Shown here piece after piece: positions 1 through 10,566 of a stretch of 32,000 nt of DNA. The notes under the pieces were generated by a model. It was not told where the DNA came from. It did no database searches and was given only the letters and a program-made list of their open reading frames with translations. Within the stretch, counting starts at the first letter, position 1, and each line of letters begins with the position of its first letter. A program made the position numbers and the translations under genes. Source of the stretch: Candidatus Methylomirabilis oxygeniifera (GTDB lineage: Bacteria; Methylomirabilota; Methylomirabilia; Methylomirabilales; Methylomirabilaceae); NCBI GenBank assembly GCA_000091165.1, contig FP565575.1, forward strand, positions 2,550,001 through 2,582,000, read 5' to 3'.

Positions 1-1
1 C

Positions 2-496
2 CTTATCGGGGCGGAGGTAGAGTTGGCGCTCAGCCCGCATCGAGAGGCTCGCTTGAAGGAGGCGATGGGGACAGGAACAGATGCCTACGCCTTCGTCTTG
101 ATCGACTGCCCGCCTTCCCTTGGTCTGCTGACCGTCAATGCCCTGGCGGCAGCCCACTCTGTTCTGATCCCGCTTCAATGCGAGTACTATGCCCTGGAAG
201 GCCTGGCCAGGATCATGGAGGCTATTACCCTTTGTCGGGGGAAGCTGAACCCGGACCTTCAGGTCGAGGGAATCGTCCTAACCATGTACGACATGAGGCT
301 GAATATTTGCGAACAGGTAGAACAGGAAGTGCGGCGCCACTTCCCGCGAGGTGTCCTCAGAACGGTGATCCCCAGAAATGTGCGACTGAGTGAAGCGCCA
401 AGCTTCGGGAAGCCGGTTCTGCTGTATGACGGCCGCTCGTCAGGAGCCGAGAGCTATCTTCGCTTAGCCAAGGAGATCATCGATGGCGCAACGTAG
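2..496 (+). CDS. parA: ParA/Soj family chromosome partitioning ATPase (C-terminal part, 5' end outside window)
   Basis: Open frame from the window edge; FVLIDCPPSLGLLTVNALAAAHSVLIPLQCEYYALEGL...VIPRNVRLSEAPSFGKPVLLYD is characteristic of ParA/Soj; overlaps parB by 14 bp. Confidence 0.97.
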   Translation, partial: LIGAEVELALSPHREARLKEAMGTGTDAYAFVLIDCPPSLGLLTVNALAAAHSVLIPLQCEYYALEGLARIMEAITLCRGKLNPDLQVEGIVLTMYDMRLNICEQVEQEVRRHFPRGVLRTVIPRNVRLSEAPSFGKPVLLYDGRSSGAESYLRLAKEIIDGAT

Positions 497-1325
497 AGCC
501 CTCGGGAGAGGGCTGGAGACACTGATCCCCGCGGGCGATCCCTCCGGGGTGCTACAGATTCGGGTGGAAGAGATCGCGCTAGGCTCATCTCAGCCTCGCC
601 GTTCCATGAACGACTCCAAGCTTAACGAGTTGGCGTCTTCCATCAAGGCGCATGGGGTGCTGTTGCCTATCCTGCTTCGCCGGGAGGGCGGTCGGCTGGA
701 GGTGGTAGCCGGGGAGCGACGCCTCAGAGCTGCGCGAATGGCGGGGCTTGACACAGTTCCAGCCTTGGTCAAAGAGCTCTCCAGCAGCCAGGCGCTGGAA
801 GTGGCGTTAATAGAGAACCTGCAGCGGGAGGACCTGAATCCGATCGAGCAAGCCGAGGCGTACTTGAGGCTGCAGGACGAGTTTGGGTTGACTCAGGAAG
901 AGGTGGCTCGTCGGGTCGGTCGCGATCGTTCCTCCGTCGCGAACGCGCTGCGGCTGCTCAAGCTGCCAAAGCCGATCCAGGCCGACTTGGTGGAGGGCGT
1001 CCTATCTGAAGGGCATGCCCGCGCCCTACTGGGGCTGGACCGGACAGTCGACCAGATCAAGGTGCGCGACGAGGCGATTCGTCGGGGTCTGTCCGTGCGC
1101 ACCACCGAAGTATTGGTCCGACGGCTGAAACAGACCGATAGCGCTCCTCAACGACGTCAAACAGCGAGCGAGCCGGCGATTCTGGCTGCCGAAGACGCCC
1201 TTCGGCAGGCGCTCGGAACTAAGGTTCAAATTTGTAGAAAGGGCAAAGGGGGAACGATCGAGGTGGAGTTCTACTCGACGGGGGACCTCGACAGGATCTA
1301 CGAGCGGATATGCAGGCACGATTGA
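483..1325 (+). CDS. parB: ParB/Spo0J family chromosome partitioning protein
   Basis: ALGRGLETLIP N-terminus, VVAGERRLRAARMAGL, ALIENLQREDLNPIEQAEAY, and helix-turn-helix LTQEEVARRVGRDRSSVANALRLLKLP. Confidence 0.97.
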   Translation: MAQRRALGRGLETLIPAGDPSGVLQIRVEEIALGSSQPRRSMNDSKLNELASSIKAHGVLLPILLRREGGRLEVVAGERRLRAARMAGLDTVPALVKELSSSQALEVALIENLQREDLNPIEQAEAYLRLQDEFGLTQEEVARRVGRDRSSVANALRLLKLPKPIQADLVEGVLSEGHARALLGLDRTVDQIKVRDEAIRRGLSVRTTEVLVRRLKQTDSAPQRRQTASEPAILAAEDALRQALGTKVQICRKGKGGTIEVEFYSTGDLDRIYERICRHD

Positions 1326-1333
1326 ATGGTGGG

Positions 1334-1349
1334 TGTTGCACGTGAAACA
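1334..1349. promoter_or_regulatory. parS: Putative parS centromere site TGTTGCACGTGAAACA
   Basis: 15/16 match to the known bacterial parS consensus TGTTTCACGTGAAACA; begins 8 bp after the parB stop codon. Confidence 0.9.
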
Positions 1350-1363
1350 CTACAGAGGCGGGT

Positions 1364-2062
1364 TTGCTTAACCGAGCGGCGCAGGCGCTGGCCTTCCCCT
1401 TGGAAGATCGCAGGTGGCTGTCAAAGATCGCGATTGGCGGCAGCGTTGGACTCATCCTCGAAGCCCTCTTTGTGGCTGTTGGCTTTCTGCTCACACGAGA
1501 ATTCGCCCTTGCGGGATCTCTGCTGGCGCCGGCGGTCAACTTTCCCGTGCTGGGGTTTGCGCTGGCGACCTTTCAGGGCGCCCTGGCAGTCCCGCAGGCC
1601 GACTCACTGCCGCCGTGGAGCCGATGGTCGACCTTGTGTGCGAAGGGGTTGCTGCTGTTTATGCTCGCCCTGGCTTACGAGATCGTTCCGTTTCTCTTTG
1701 TGATTTCCGGCTTTGGCCTGTTGGTACGAGGGGGTGTAGCGCTGAACCTTGGCCTCGTCCTAATGCTGCTAGGAACGCTCACTGGAATCACTGCCGGTTT
1801 CTTTTTGCCGATGGGTGTTGCGTATTACCTGAAGGAACAGCGGCTTGAGGCCGTACTGCACCCGGCGGTGGTCTGGTTGCGGATCCGCAAGGTCCTGACC
1901 GAGTACGTAGAGGCCTACCTACTCTGTCTTGGGTCGTTCATTGTTGCAGGCCTGATCGGGGCCATCCCGATTCTGGGTCTCCTGGTGTGGCCGTTTCTGA
2001 CGTTTTATCTTTTGGTGGCGGGAGCCCGCCTTTTTGGAGCGATCTGCTCAGACGCGGGTTAG
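1364..2062 (+). CDS. DUF4013-like multi-spanning membrane protein
   Basis: 232 aa ORF (TTG start) with several hydrophobic helices (GLILEALFVAVGFLL, LLLFMLALAYEIVPFLFVISGFGLLV, GLVLMLLGTLTGITAGFFLPMGVAYYL). Confidence 0.65.
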   Translation: MLNRAAQALAFPLEDRRWLSKIAIGGSVGLILEALFVAVGFLLTREFALAGSLLAPAVNFPVLGFALATFQGALAVPQADSLPPWSRWSTLCAKGLLLFMLALAYEIVPFLFVISGFGLLVRGGVALNLGLVLMLLGTLTGITAGFFLPMGVAYYLKEQRLEAVLHPAVVWLRIRKVLTEYVEAYLLCLGSFIVAGLIGAIPILGLLVWPFLTFYLLVAGARLFGAICSDAG

Positions 2063-2106
2063 CAACTGCGGCACCATCATACGTGGGGCGGGCGGCGGCC
2101 CGCTTG

Positions 2107-2136
2107 CCTACACCCTACATCCCAACTCCCATATCC
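2107..2136. repeat. Short heptad-like array CCTACACCCTACATCCCAACTCCCATATCC (CCCTANN type)
   Basis: CCC tracts start at 2113, 2121 and 2128, with CC at 2135 (spacing 8, 7, 7); intergenic, upstream of the cysteine desulfurase. Confidence 0.5.
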
Positions 2137-2154
2137 TGAGTGTTTGGAGAATCC

Positions 2155-3330
2155 ATGGGCGTCTACCTTGACTATAACGCTACGACACCGATGCGGTTCG
2201 AAGCGGTGGAGGCCATGCGGCCCTATCTCGAATCGCATTTTGGTAATGCCAGTTCGGGTCACAGCCGGGGCAGAGAAGCCAAGCGAGCCCTCGAGGAGGC
2301 GCGTGAGGCCCTCGCATCGGCTCTCGTGGTGCGGGAGAAGGCGAGCGTGGTTTTTGTATCCGGGGGCACGGAGGCGGACAATCTGGCCGTCAAGGGCGCC
2401 GCATGGGCCGCCCGAGAGCGCGGACGCCACATCGTAACCTCGGTGGTCGAGCATCACGCCGTACTCGGCGCCTGCCGCACCCTGGAGACGCAAGGATTCG
2501 ATGTCACCTATCTGCCGGTCGATACCGAGGGCCTCATCGATCCGGAGGGGGTCAAGCAGAGCCTCCGGGCCGATACTACAGTGATCTCTCTTATGCACGC
2601 CAACAATGAGACCGGGGTTATCTGTCCGGTTGCTGAAATCGGACAGCTCGCGCGGGAGCGCGGGATTATCTTTCACACAGACGCTGTCCAGGCTTTCGGC
2701 CGCCTGCCGATCGATGTCGAAGCCCTGGGGGTCGATCTGCTGACGATTTCAGGGCACAAGATCTACGGACCGAAGGGAATCGGGGCCCTGTATGTCCGCC
2801 CAGGTGTTGAGGTCCTCCCCCAGATACACGGGGGTGGACAGGAACATGGCGTGAGGGCCGGGACGGAAAATGTTGCGGCAGCCGTCGGCATGGCCTGCGC
2901 GACGAGGCTCACGCTCGAATCGATGCCGACCGAGAACCGACGCCTGCGGGCGCTCCGGGATCGCCTCGAAGACGGCATTCTCGGTCGAATCCCTGGCGCG
3001 CGGCGGAATGGCGATCGGGATCAGCGGTTGCCCAACACCACCAATATCTCATTTCGGGGGATTCAGGCGGACGCTTTGATGGTCGCCCTGGATCTCGAGG
3101 GGGTGGAGGTGTCCGCTGGTGCCGCCTGCGCTGCCGGCTCGATCGAGATATCACATGTTCTGCGAGCGATGGGCCGAAGGCCGGAGATTGACGGGGGCGG
3201 GATCCGGTTTTCCTTAGGCGCCGGGACGACGGAGGCTGAAATCGAGCGCGTCCTTACGCTCTTGCCGCCACTGGTTGAGCAGATTCACGGGGCAACACTA
3301 CAGAGTGCAGGGGATAGGGTGCGGGCATAA
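2155..3330 (+). CDS. Cysteine desulfurase (NifS/IscS class V aminotransferase)
   Basis: VYLDYNATTPM, FVSGGTEADNLA, ISGHKIYGPKGIGALYVRPG, HGGGQEHGVRAGTEN, SAGAACAAGS active-site region; ATG at 2155 with upstream GGAGA. The supplied ORF starts at 2140. Confidence 0.95.
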   Translation: MGVYLDYNATTPMRFEAVEAMRPYLESHFGNASSGHSRGREAKRALEEAREALASALVVREKASVVFVSGGTEADNLAVKGAAWAARERGRHIVTSVVEHHAVLGACRTLETQGFDVTYLPVDTEGLIDPEGVKQSLRADTTVISLMHANNETGVICPVAEIGQLARERGIIFHTDAVQAFGRLPIDVEALGVDLLTISGHKIYGPKGIGALYVRPGVEVLPQIHGGGQEHGVRAGTENVAAAVGMACATRLTLESMPTENRRLRALRDRLEDGILGRIPGARRNGDRDQRLPNTTNISFRGIQADALMVALDLEGVEVSAGAACAAGSIEISHVLRAMGRRPEIDGGGIRFSLGAGTTEAEIERVLTLLPPLVEQIHGATLQSAGDRVRA

Positions 3331-3348
3331 GGGGCAAGGGTACAATCC

Positions 3349-4452
3349 GTGGGTCGCAAATCGAGAGTCGTTGTGGCGATGAGCGGCGGGGTTGACAGCG
3401 CCGTGGCTGCCGCCTTGCTGATCGAGCAGGGGTATGAGGTTGTTGGGATCAGCCTGAAACTGTTGCCTGAAGGAGCGGGAAACGGCTCCGAGCGGGCCGA
3501 TCGCTGCTGTTCTGTCAAAGACGCTGAGGATGCGCGGCTCGTCGCCGCACAACTCGGCATTCCCTATTACATCCTGAATTACGAGTCGCAATTTCAGCGC
3601 GAGGTCATCCGAGAGTTTACCGAGGCCTATCTTGGCGGCCTCACTCCGAACCCCTGCGTGCGCTGTAATGAGCTAATCAAGTTCGGCTCGCTGCTGCAGC
3701 AGGCGCTGGGGCTGGGGGCTAAGCGCCTGGCGACGGGTCATTATGCGAGGGTTGAGCGGGAGGACATGCGCGGCCGCTACCTGCTGCGCCGCGGGGTCGA
3801 CGAGGAGCGGGACCAAAGCTACTTCCTGTACAGTCTGACCCAGGAGCAGCTTGCTGGAATCTGCTTTCCTGTTGGTCATATGACTAAGGATCAGGTTCGA
3901 GAACGGGCTGCCGCCTACGGTCTTCGGATCGCCGCTAAGGCCGATAGTCAGGACCTCTGCTTTGTCGGCCACGATTACCGGACCTTCCTCCAGGAGCGGT
4001 GTGGAGACCGTCTGAGGCCGGGCCCGATTACAGATCGTACCGGTCGGATCCTCGGGCAGCACGAGGGCGTGGCGCTCTATACCGTAGGTCAGCGTAACGG
4101 TCTAAGGCTGGCCAGCGGCCCTTTTTACGTGATCCGGCTTGATCCGCAGACCAACGCGGTCGTTGTAGGCAGACGAGATGAGCTGCTGCGACGCGAATTT
4201 GTGGCCGAGAGGCTCAACCTCGTAGCGTATGATCGCTTGACCGCTGAGCGTCCTGTTCTGGTAAAGGTTCGCTCCCGCCAAGCCGCAATGCCGGCCACAA
4301 TCTTACCCCTCGGTGATAGTCGGATACGAGTCCGATGGCACCAGGCCCAGCCCGCTGCTGCGCCGGGTCAGGCGGCCGTGTTCTATGATGCGGCAGAACC
4401 CGACCTCCTTGTGGGTGGCGCCACTGTTGCGGCGGACCAGGAGACGCAGTAA
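3349..4452 (+). CDS. mnmA: tRNA-specific 2-thiouridylase MnmA
   Basis: VVVAMSGGVDSAVAAALLIEQGYEVVGISLKL, NPCVRCNELIKFG, ATGHYAR, DQSYFLYSL, KADSQDLCFV; GTG start. Confidence 0.97.
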   Translation: MGRKSRVVVAMSGGVDSAVAAALLIEQGYEVVGISLKLLPEGAGNGSERADRCCSVKDAEDARLVAAQLGIPYYILNYESQFQREVIREFTEAYLGGLTPNPCVRCNELIKFGSLLQQALGLGAKRLATGHYARVEREDMRGRYLLRRGVDEERDQSYFLYSLTQEQLAGICFPVGHMTKDQVRERAAAYGLRIAAKADSQDLCFVGHDYRTFLQERCGDRLRPGPITDRTGRILGQHEGVALYTVGQRNGLRLASGPFYVIRLDPQTNAVVVGRRDELLRREFVAERLNLVAYDRLTAERPVLVKVRSRQAAMPATILPLGDSRIRVRWHQAQPAAAPGQAAVFYDAAEPDLLVGGATVAADQETQ

Positions 4453-4573
4453 GCGGTGGGCAAAAAAGGCTTGACAAATCTCAATCGGTAGGGCAAGCTT
4501 GAGCGAGTTTTCACGATCTTCAGAGCTGCCAGGTCCGTTTCAAGGGATCCGGCAGCGCTTTTTTGCCGGTGGT

Positions 4574-4984
4574 ATGAACGAGCGGGAGCAGTTCGTCAGA
4601 GGTACGCTGGTAGGCGCGCTCGGCCTCGTTATGGCCGGGCTCGTCGGTTTTGGGCTGTTCGGGAAGTGGGATTGGGCCTTGGGTCTCGCCGCCGGCGCTC
4701 TCGTCAGCTTGTTTAGCTTTCGGCTCATTGTCCAAACCGTGGTCCGTCTCACCGAGCGCCAGGCGCCTCGGTCGCGTGGTCAACAGTACTGGTGGATCCG
4801 ATCTATCCTGAGACTCCTCGGGGTCGCCGTCATCGTCTTCTTCGCGATCGTTTACCTGCCCGTAAATCTGATCGGGATGGCGCTCGGCCTGCTGGCGGTT
4901 CAGCTTGGGATGGGTGGGTATTTCGTCGTTCGTTCGTCGCTTTCGGACAGCAGCAATACTGGGATGGAGGATCAGCAGTTATGA
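4574..4984 (+). CDS. atpI: ATP synthase subunit I-like small membrane protein (AtpI family)
   Basis: Four hydrophobic segments, position directly upstream of atpF with an ATGA overlap. ATG at 4574; the supplied ORF extends to a TTG at 4499. Confidence 0.7.
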   Translation: MNEREQFVRGTLVGALGLVMAGLVGFGLFGKWDWALGLAAGALVSLFSFRLIVQTVVRLTERQAPRSRGQQYWWIRSILRLLGVAVIVFFAIVYLPVNLIGMALGLLAVQLGMGGYFVVRSSLSDSSNTGMEDQQL

Positions 4985-5586
4985 CGAAGGATCGCATGCG
5001 GCTTGTCGCAACTGCGGCCTGCTTCCTTGGCCTGGCGTTTCTCGCGGCTTTCCCTGTTTGGGCCGCCGAGGAGGCCCATGGCGGAGGGGAGCAGCCCGGG
5101 ATCATCAACCTGAACATGACGCTGCTCGTTCAGGTTGTGAACTTTCTCATTTTGATCGCTGTGTTGTACAAATTTCTGTTCACGCCGCTTACCCAGTTCC
5201 TGGCGACGCGGGCCGATGGCATTAAGCGTTCGCTGGAAGAGGCGAAGGCAGCCAGAGAGGCCGCCGCCCAGACCCAGAAGGAGTACGAAGCACAGATTCT
5301 CGCGACCCGGCGGGAGGCTGCCGCTATGCGGGAGTCGGCGATCCGTGAGGTCGAGGAGGAGCGACAGCGACTGCTCAAGGTGTCGCGCGAAGAGGCTACC
5401 CGTCTTGTGACCGAGGCCAAGGCGCAGATCGAGCAGGAGGTCAAAAGGGCGAAGGCCGAGCTTCGTGCGGAGGTGGTCGGTCTCTCGCTTGGGGTTGCGG
5501 AGCGCGTCATCGCCCGTAGCCTGACGACCGATGATCATCGCCGTCTGGCGGAGCAGGTGGTGGCCGAGATTGGGAGTGGCCGGTGA
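4981..5586 (+). CDS. atpF: F0F1 ATP synthase subunit B
   Basis: NLNMTLLVQVVNFLILIAVLYKFLFTPLTQFLATRADGIKRSLEEAKAAREAAAQ... b-subunit pattern. The protein has an additional N-terminal signal-like hydrophobic segment (MRLVATAACFLGLAFLAAFPVWAAEEA). Confidence 0.93.
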   Translation: MTKDRMRLVATAACFLGLAFLAAFPVWAAEEAHGGGEQPGIINLNMTLLVQVVNFLILIAVLYKFLFTPLTQFLATRADGIKRSLEEAKAAREAAAQTQKEYEAQILATRREAAAMRESAIREVEEERQRLLKVSREEATRLVTEAKAQIEQEVKRAKAELRAEVVGLSLGVAERVIARSLTTDDHRRLAEQVVAEIGSGR

Positions 5587-6134
5587 GAGCCGGCGGTCTC
5601 GCCAGAAGGTACGCCAAGGCGCTGGCAGACGTTGCGGCCGAGCAGCAACTGCTGGAGACGGTCGGATCTGACCTCCGCGCGGTTGTAGAGACGATGAAAC
5701 GAACCCGCGAGGTGGCTACTTTCTTTGCGAGTCCCGCCGTCCCGCTGACCGATAAACGGCGCATCCTGCACACGATCGCGGAAGGGGTGGGGGTGAAGCC
5801 GCTGACCACGAACTTTCTGAATCTGATCCTGGAGAAACGACGACTCCCGCACCTCGGAGAGATGGCCCTCGCCTATGAGGAACTGACCGATGAGCGGCTG
5901 GGTCGCGGGAAGGCCACAGTGACTTCAGCGATCCCACTGTCCGAGCCGATCATTCACGGGCTCCAGGAGCGCCTGCGAATGGCGACGGGGAAAGAGATCT
6001 ATCTGGAGACTCGAGTCGACCCTTCCATCGTGGGCGGGTTTGTTGCGCAGATCGGCAGCACCATCTACGATGGGTCCGTACGGACACAACTGAAAAAGGT
6101 GCGCGAGCACCTGCTGAAGAGCGAGTATCGCTGA
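5583..6134 (+). CDS. atpH: F0F1 ATP synthase subunit delta
   Basis: ARRYAKALADVA, TNFLNLILEKRRLPHL, TVTSAIPLSE, VDPSIVGGFVAQIGSTIYDGSVRTQLKKVRE; GTG start overlapping the atpF stop. Confidence 0.96.
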   Translation: MRAGGLARRYAKALADVAAEQQLLETVGSDLRAVVETMKRTREVATFFASPAVPLTDKRRILHTIAEGVGVKPLTTNFLNLILEKRRLPHLGEMALAYEELTDERLGRGKATVTSAIPLSEPIIHGLQERLRMATGKEIYLETRVDPSIVGGFVAQIGSTIYDGSVRTQLKKVREHLLKSEYR

Positions 6135-6152
6135 TACTGAAAGGGCACCGGA

Positions 6153-7679
6153 ATGGCGCAGATCAAAGCGGAAGAGATCACCGAAATTATCAAGCAGCAA
6201 CTGGCCGGGTACGAGGCGCTTGTTGATGTCGCGGAGGTCGGCACCGTCATCGAGGCGGGCGACGGGATCGCTCGCATCTATGGTCTGGAAAAGGCCATGG
6301 CCGGCGAGCTTCTGGAGTTTCCGCACGACGTCTTCGGCATGGTGCTGAACCTTGAGGAGGATAACGTCGGCGCGGTCCTGCTGGGCGAGGCCGAAGCGAT
6401 CAGGGAGGGTGATCTGGTCAAGCGGACGGGCCGGATCGCCTCTGTGCCGGTGGGCGAGGCGCTGGTGGGGAGGGTGGTGAACGCTCTGGGCCTGCCGATC
6501 GACGGCAAGGGACCGATTGACGCCACAGAGCTTCGACCCATTGAGCGGTTGGCCCCCGGGGTCGTGGACCGCCGACCGGTCAAGGAGGCGCTTCAGACCG
6601 GTATCAAGGCTATCGATGCCATGATCCCGATCGGTCGGGGACAGCGCGAGTTGATCATCGGCGACCGGCAGACCGGTAAGACCGCCGTCGCTATTGACGC
6701 CATCATCAACCAGAAGGGCAAAGACGTCTTCTGTGTCTACGTGGCTGTCGGTCAGAAGCGGTCCACCGTCGCCCAGGTGGTGAAGACGCTGGAAGAGGCC
6801 GGGGCTATGGCCTACACCACGGTTGTTGCGGCCACTGCCTCCGAACTGGCGCCGCTCCAGTATATCGCCCCCTATGCCGGCTGCGCGATAGGCGAGTATT
6901 TCCGGGACTCCGGGCGTCACTCCCTTTGCATCTACGACGACCTGTCCAAGCATGCCCAGGCCTACCGCCAACTCTCACTGCTGCTGCGCCGGCCGCCGGG
7001 CCGCGAGGCCTATCCGGGCGATGTCTTCTACCTGCACTCGCGCCTTCTGGAGCGGGGGGCTAAGCTGAATGACGATCTGGGCGGGGGGTCGCTGACCGCA
7101 CTGCCGATCATCGAAACCCAGCTTGGCGACGTCTCGGCCTACATCCCGACCAACGTGATCTCGATCACCGATGGTCAGATCTATCTGGAAACCGATCTGT
7201 TCTTCGCCGGCATCCGGCCAGCCATCAACGTCGGCCTGTCGGTCTCCCGGGTCGGCGGCTCGGCCCAGATCAAGGCGATGCGGCAGGTGGCCGGTAAACT
7301 TCGACTGGACCTGGCGCAGTATCGGGAGATGGCCGCATTTGCCCAATTCGGGAGCGAATTGGACAAGGCCACCCAGGCCCAGCTCAATCGGGGCGCGCGA
7401 ATGGTCGAGGTGCTGAAGCAGGGACAGTATGTGCCCCTCGAGGTCGAACGGCAGATCCTGATTATCTACGCGGGGACGGCGGGCCACCTGGACGAGCTGC
7501 CGGTTGACGCGGTGTTACAATTCGAAGGGATGTTGCACAAATCCGTCGAGGGGCGGTATCCGGGCATCTTTCAGGAGATCAAGGAAAAGCGCGAGCTTAG
7601 CGATGCCCTCCGCGCCCAGATGGATCAAGCGATTACCGAGTGCAAGGCGGAGTTTCTGGCGGCCCGAAAGGCGGCATAA
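6153..7679 (+). CDS. atpA: F0F1 ATP synthase subunit alpha
   Basis: Walker [57 protein letters not shown]. Confidence 0.99.
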   Translation: MAQIKAEEITEIIKQQLAGYEALVDVAEVGTVIEAGDGIARIYGLEKAMAGELLEFPHDVFGMVLNLEEDNVGAVLLGEAEAIREGDLVKRTGRIASVPVGEALVGRVVNALGLPIDGKGPIDATELRPIERLAPGVVDRRPVKEALQTGIKAIDAMIPIGRGQRELIIGDRQTGKTAVAIDAIINQKGKDVFCVYVAVGQKRSTVAQVVKTLEEAGAMAYTTVVAATASELAPLQYIAPYAGCAIGEYFRDSGRHSLCIYDDLSKHAQAYRQLSLLLRRPPGREAYPGDVFYLHSRLLERGAKLNDDLGGGSLTALPIIETQLGDVSAYIPTNVISITDGQIYLETDLFFAGIRPAINVGLSVSRVGGSAQIKAMRQVAGKLRLDLAQYREMAAFAQFGSELDKATQAQLNRGARMVEVLKQGQYVPLEVERQILIIYAGTAGHLDELPVDAVLQFEGMLHKSVEGRYPGIFQEIKEKRELSDALRAQMDQAITECKAEFLAARKAA

Positions 7680-7683
7680 GAAC

Positions 7684-7718
7684 AGGGTTTAGGGTATATG
7701 GGGATAGGGTGTAGGGGT
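7684..7718 (+). repeat. G-rich heptad-like array AGGGTTTAGGGTATATGGGGATAGGGTGTAGGGGT (G-quadruplex motif)
   Basis: Five G-runs of at least 3 at 7685, 7692, 7700, 7707 and 7714 with loops of 4, 5, 3 and 4 nt; lies in the 44-nt atpA-atpG spacer. Confidence 0.8.
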
Positions 7719-7723
7719 TAGAA

Positions 7724-8596
7724 TTGGCGACATTACGCGATATTAAGCGGCGCATTACGTCAGTCAAAAGCACGCAGCAGATCACCAAGGCGATGAAGCT
7801 GGTGGCGGCAGCCAAGCTGCGCCGCGCCCAGGAGCGTATCCTGGAGGCCCGCCCCTATGCCTTTAAGATGCAGGAGGTGCTGGCCAGCCTCGCCCTGAGG
7901 GCCGATCCCCAGTATCATCCGCTGCTGTGCCGACGCGAAACCGGCAAAAAGATCATAGTGGTCATCGCTGCCGACAAGGGACTCTGTGGCGGGTTTAACA
8001 GCAATATCATGCGCCGGTCGCTGGAGGTGCTCCGCACAACACCCGGCGAAACGACCGTCACGCTGGTCGTAGTCGGGCGCAAGACGCGCGATTTCTATCG
8101 GCGCCGCCCCTATGCGATCCGGTCGGAACAGATCGGTTTTTTCGATCGGTTGGCGTATGACCATGCGGCCGCGTTGGGCCGCGACCTGGCGAATGCCTAC
8201 GTGGCTGAAGAGGCGGACGAGATCCATCTGATCTATAATGAGTTCAAGTCGGTCGCGACGCAGCGGGTTGTGGTGGAGCGATTACTCCCGATCGAGCCGT
8301 TGCAAGCCCCTGAGGAGCTGGCCGCCATCGACTTTATTTACGAACCATCGCCGCAGGTGATCCTGGAGGGTCTGCTGCCCAAACATGTTGAGGTGCAGGT
8401 GTACAGGGCGCTCATGGAATCGTTGGCTGGTGAGTACGGCGCCCGGATGACCGCTATGGATGCGGCGAGCAAGAACGCCTCAGAGATGATCGACCTGCTG
8501 ACGTTGCAGTTCAACAAGGCGCGGCAGGAACGAATCACCAGGGAGCTGCTCGAGGTTGTCGGTGGGGCCGAGGCGTTGCGGGCGGCTAAGGGATAG
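7724..8596 (+). CDS. atpG: F0F1 ATP synthase subunit gamma
   Basis: MATLRDIKRRITSVKSTQQITKAMKLVAAAKLRRAQ, ADKGLCGGFNSNI, C-terminal MTAMDAASKNASEMIDLLTLQFNKARQERITRELLEVVGGAEAL; TTG start. Confidence 0.98.
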   Translation: MATLRDIKRRITSVKSTQQITKAMKLVAAAKLRRAQERILEARPYAFKMQEVLASLALRADPQYHPLLCRRETGKKIIVVIAADKGLCGGFNSNIMRRSLEVLRTTPGETTVTLVVVGRKTRDFYRRRPYAIRSEQIGFFDRLAYDHAAALGRDLANAYVAEEADEIHLIYNEFKSVATQRVVVERLLPIEPLQAPEELAAIDFIYEPSPQVILEGLLPKHVEVQVYRALMESLAGEYGARMTAMDAASKNASEMIDLLTLQFNKARQERITRELLEVVGGAEALRAAKG

Positions 8597-8610
8597 AGGC
8601 AGCCGCCTTT

Positions 8611-10072
<1,462 letters not shown>

Positions 10073-10127
10073 GCCGCCTATAACGCAACAGACGCAAGAG
10101 ACTCAATAGACGTTTTTCGGGAAAGTT

Positions 10128-10559
10128 ATGGCAGAACAGCATAGTCCGACTTTTATGCTCGAGGTGGTGACGCCTCAACGGCTGATCATCAGCGAAGAGG
10201 TCGAAGAGCTGATGGCCCCCGGCCAGGAGGGGTATTTCGGCGTCTGGCCCGGCCACACCCCCTTTATGACGACGCTGAAGATTGGCGAGCTGTCCTATAC
10301 GCGAGGGCGGAAAGAGCGGTTTCTGGCCGTTGACTGGGGGTATGCGGAGGTTCGTTCCGACAAGGTGATTATCCTGGTGGAGTCGGCGGAGCGGCCGGAG
10401 GAGATCGACCTGGCCAGGGCTCAACAAGCAAAGGTGCGAGCCGAGGAGCGGCTACGTCAGTTTGCGGACGAAGCCATCGATCATGCCAGAGCCCAGGCCG
10501 CCCTTGAGCGAGCGCTTGCCAGAATGGCGGTCGCCGCCAAGGGGCGACCATCGGAATGA
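10128..10559 (+). CDS. atpC: F0F1 ATP synthase subunit epsilon
   Basis: [46 protein letters not shown], final gene of the operon. Confidence 0.96.
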   Translation: MAEQHSPTFMLEVVTPQRLIISEEVEELMAPGQEGYFGVWPGHTPFMTTLKIGELSYTRGRKERFLAVDWGYAEVRSDKVIILVESAERPEEIDLARAQQAKVRAEERLRQFADEAIDHARAQAALERALARMAVAAKGRPSE

Positions 10560-10566
10560 GGCGGGC

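Noticed and set aside
4471-4500. TTGACA upstream of the atpI-like gene as an ATP operon promoter
   Set aside because: Good -35 but no acceptable -10 at 16-18 bp spacing (CAAGCT); kept only as a possibility.
5925-6971. 348-aa antisense ORF opposite atpH/atpA
   Set aside because: Shadow of a high-GC coding region; the plus strand encodes unambiguous AtpA and AtpH and the antisense protein is His/Asp/Leu-rich low-information sequence.
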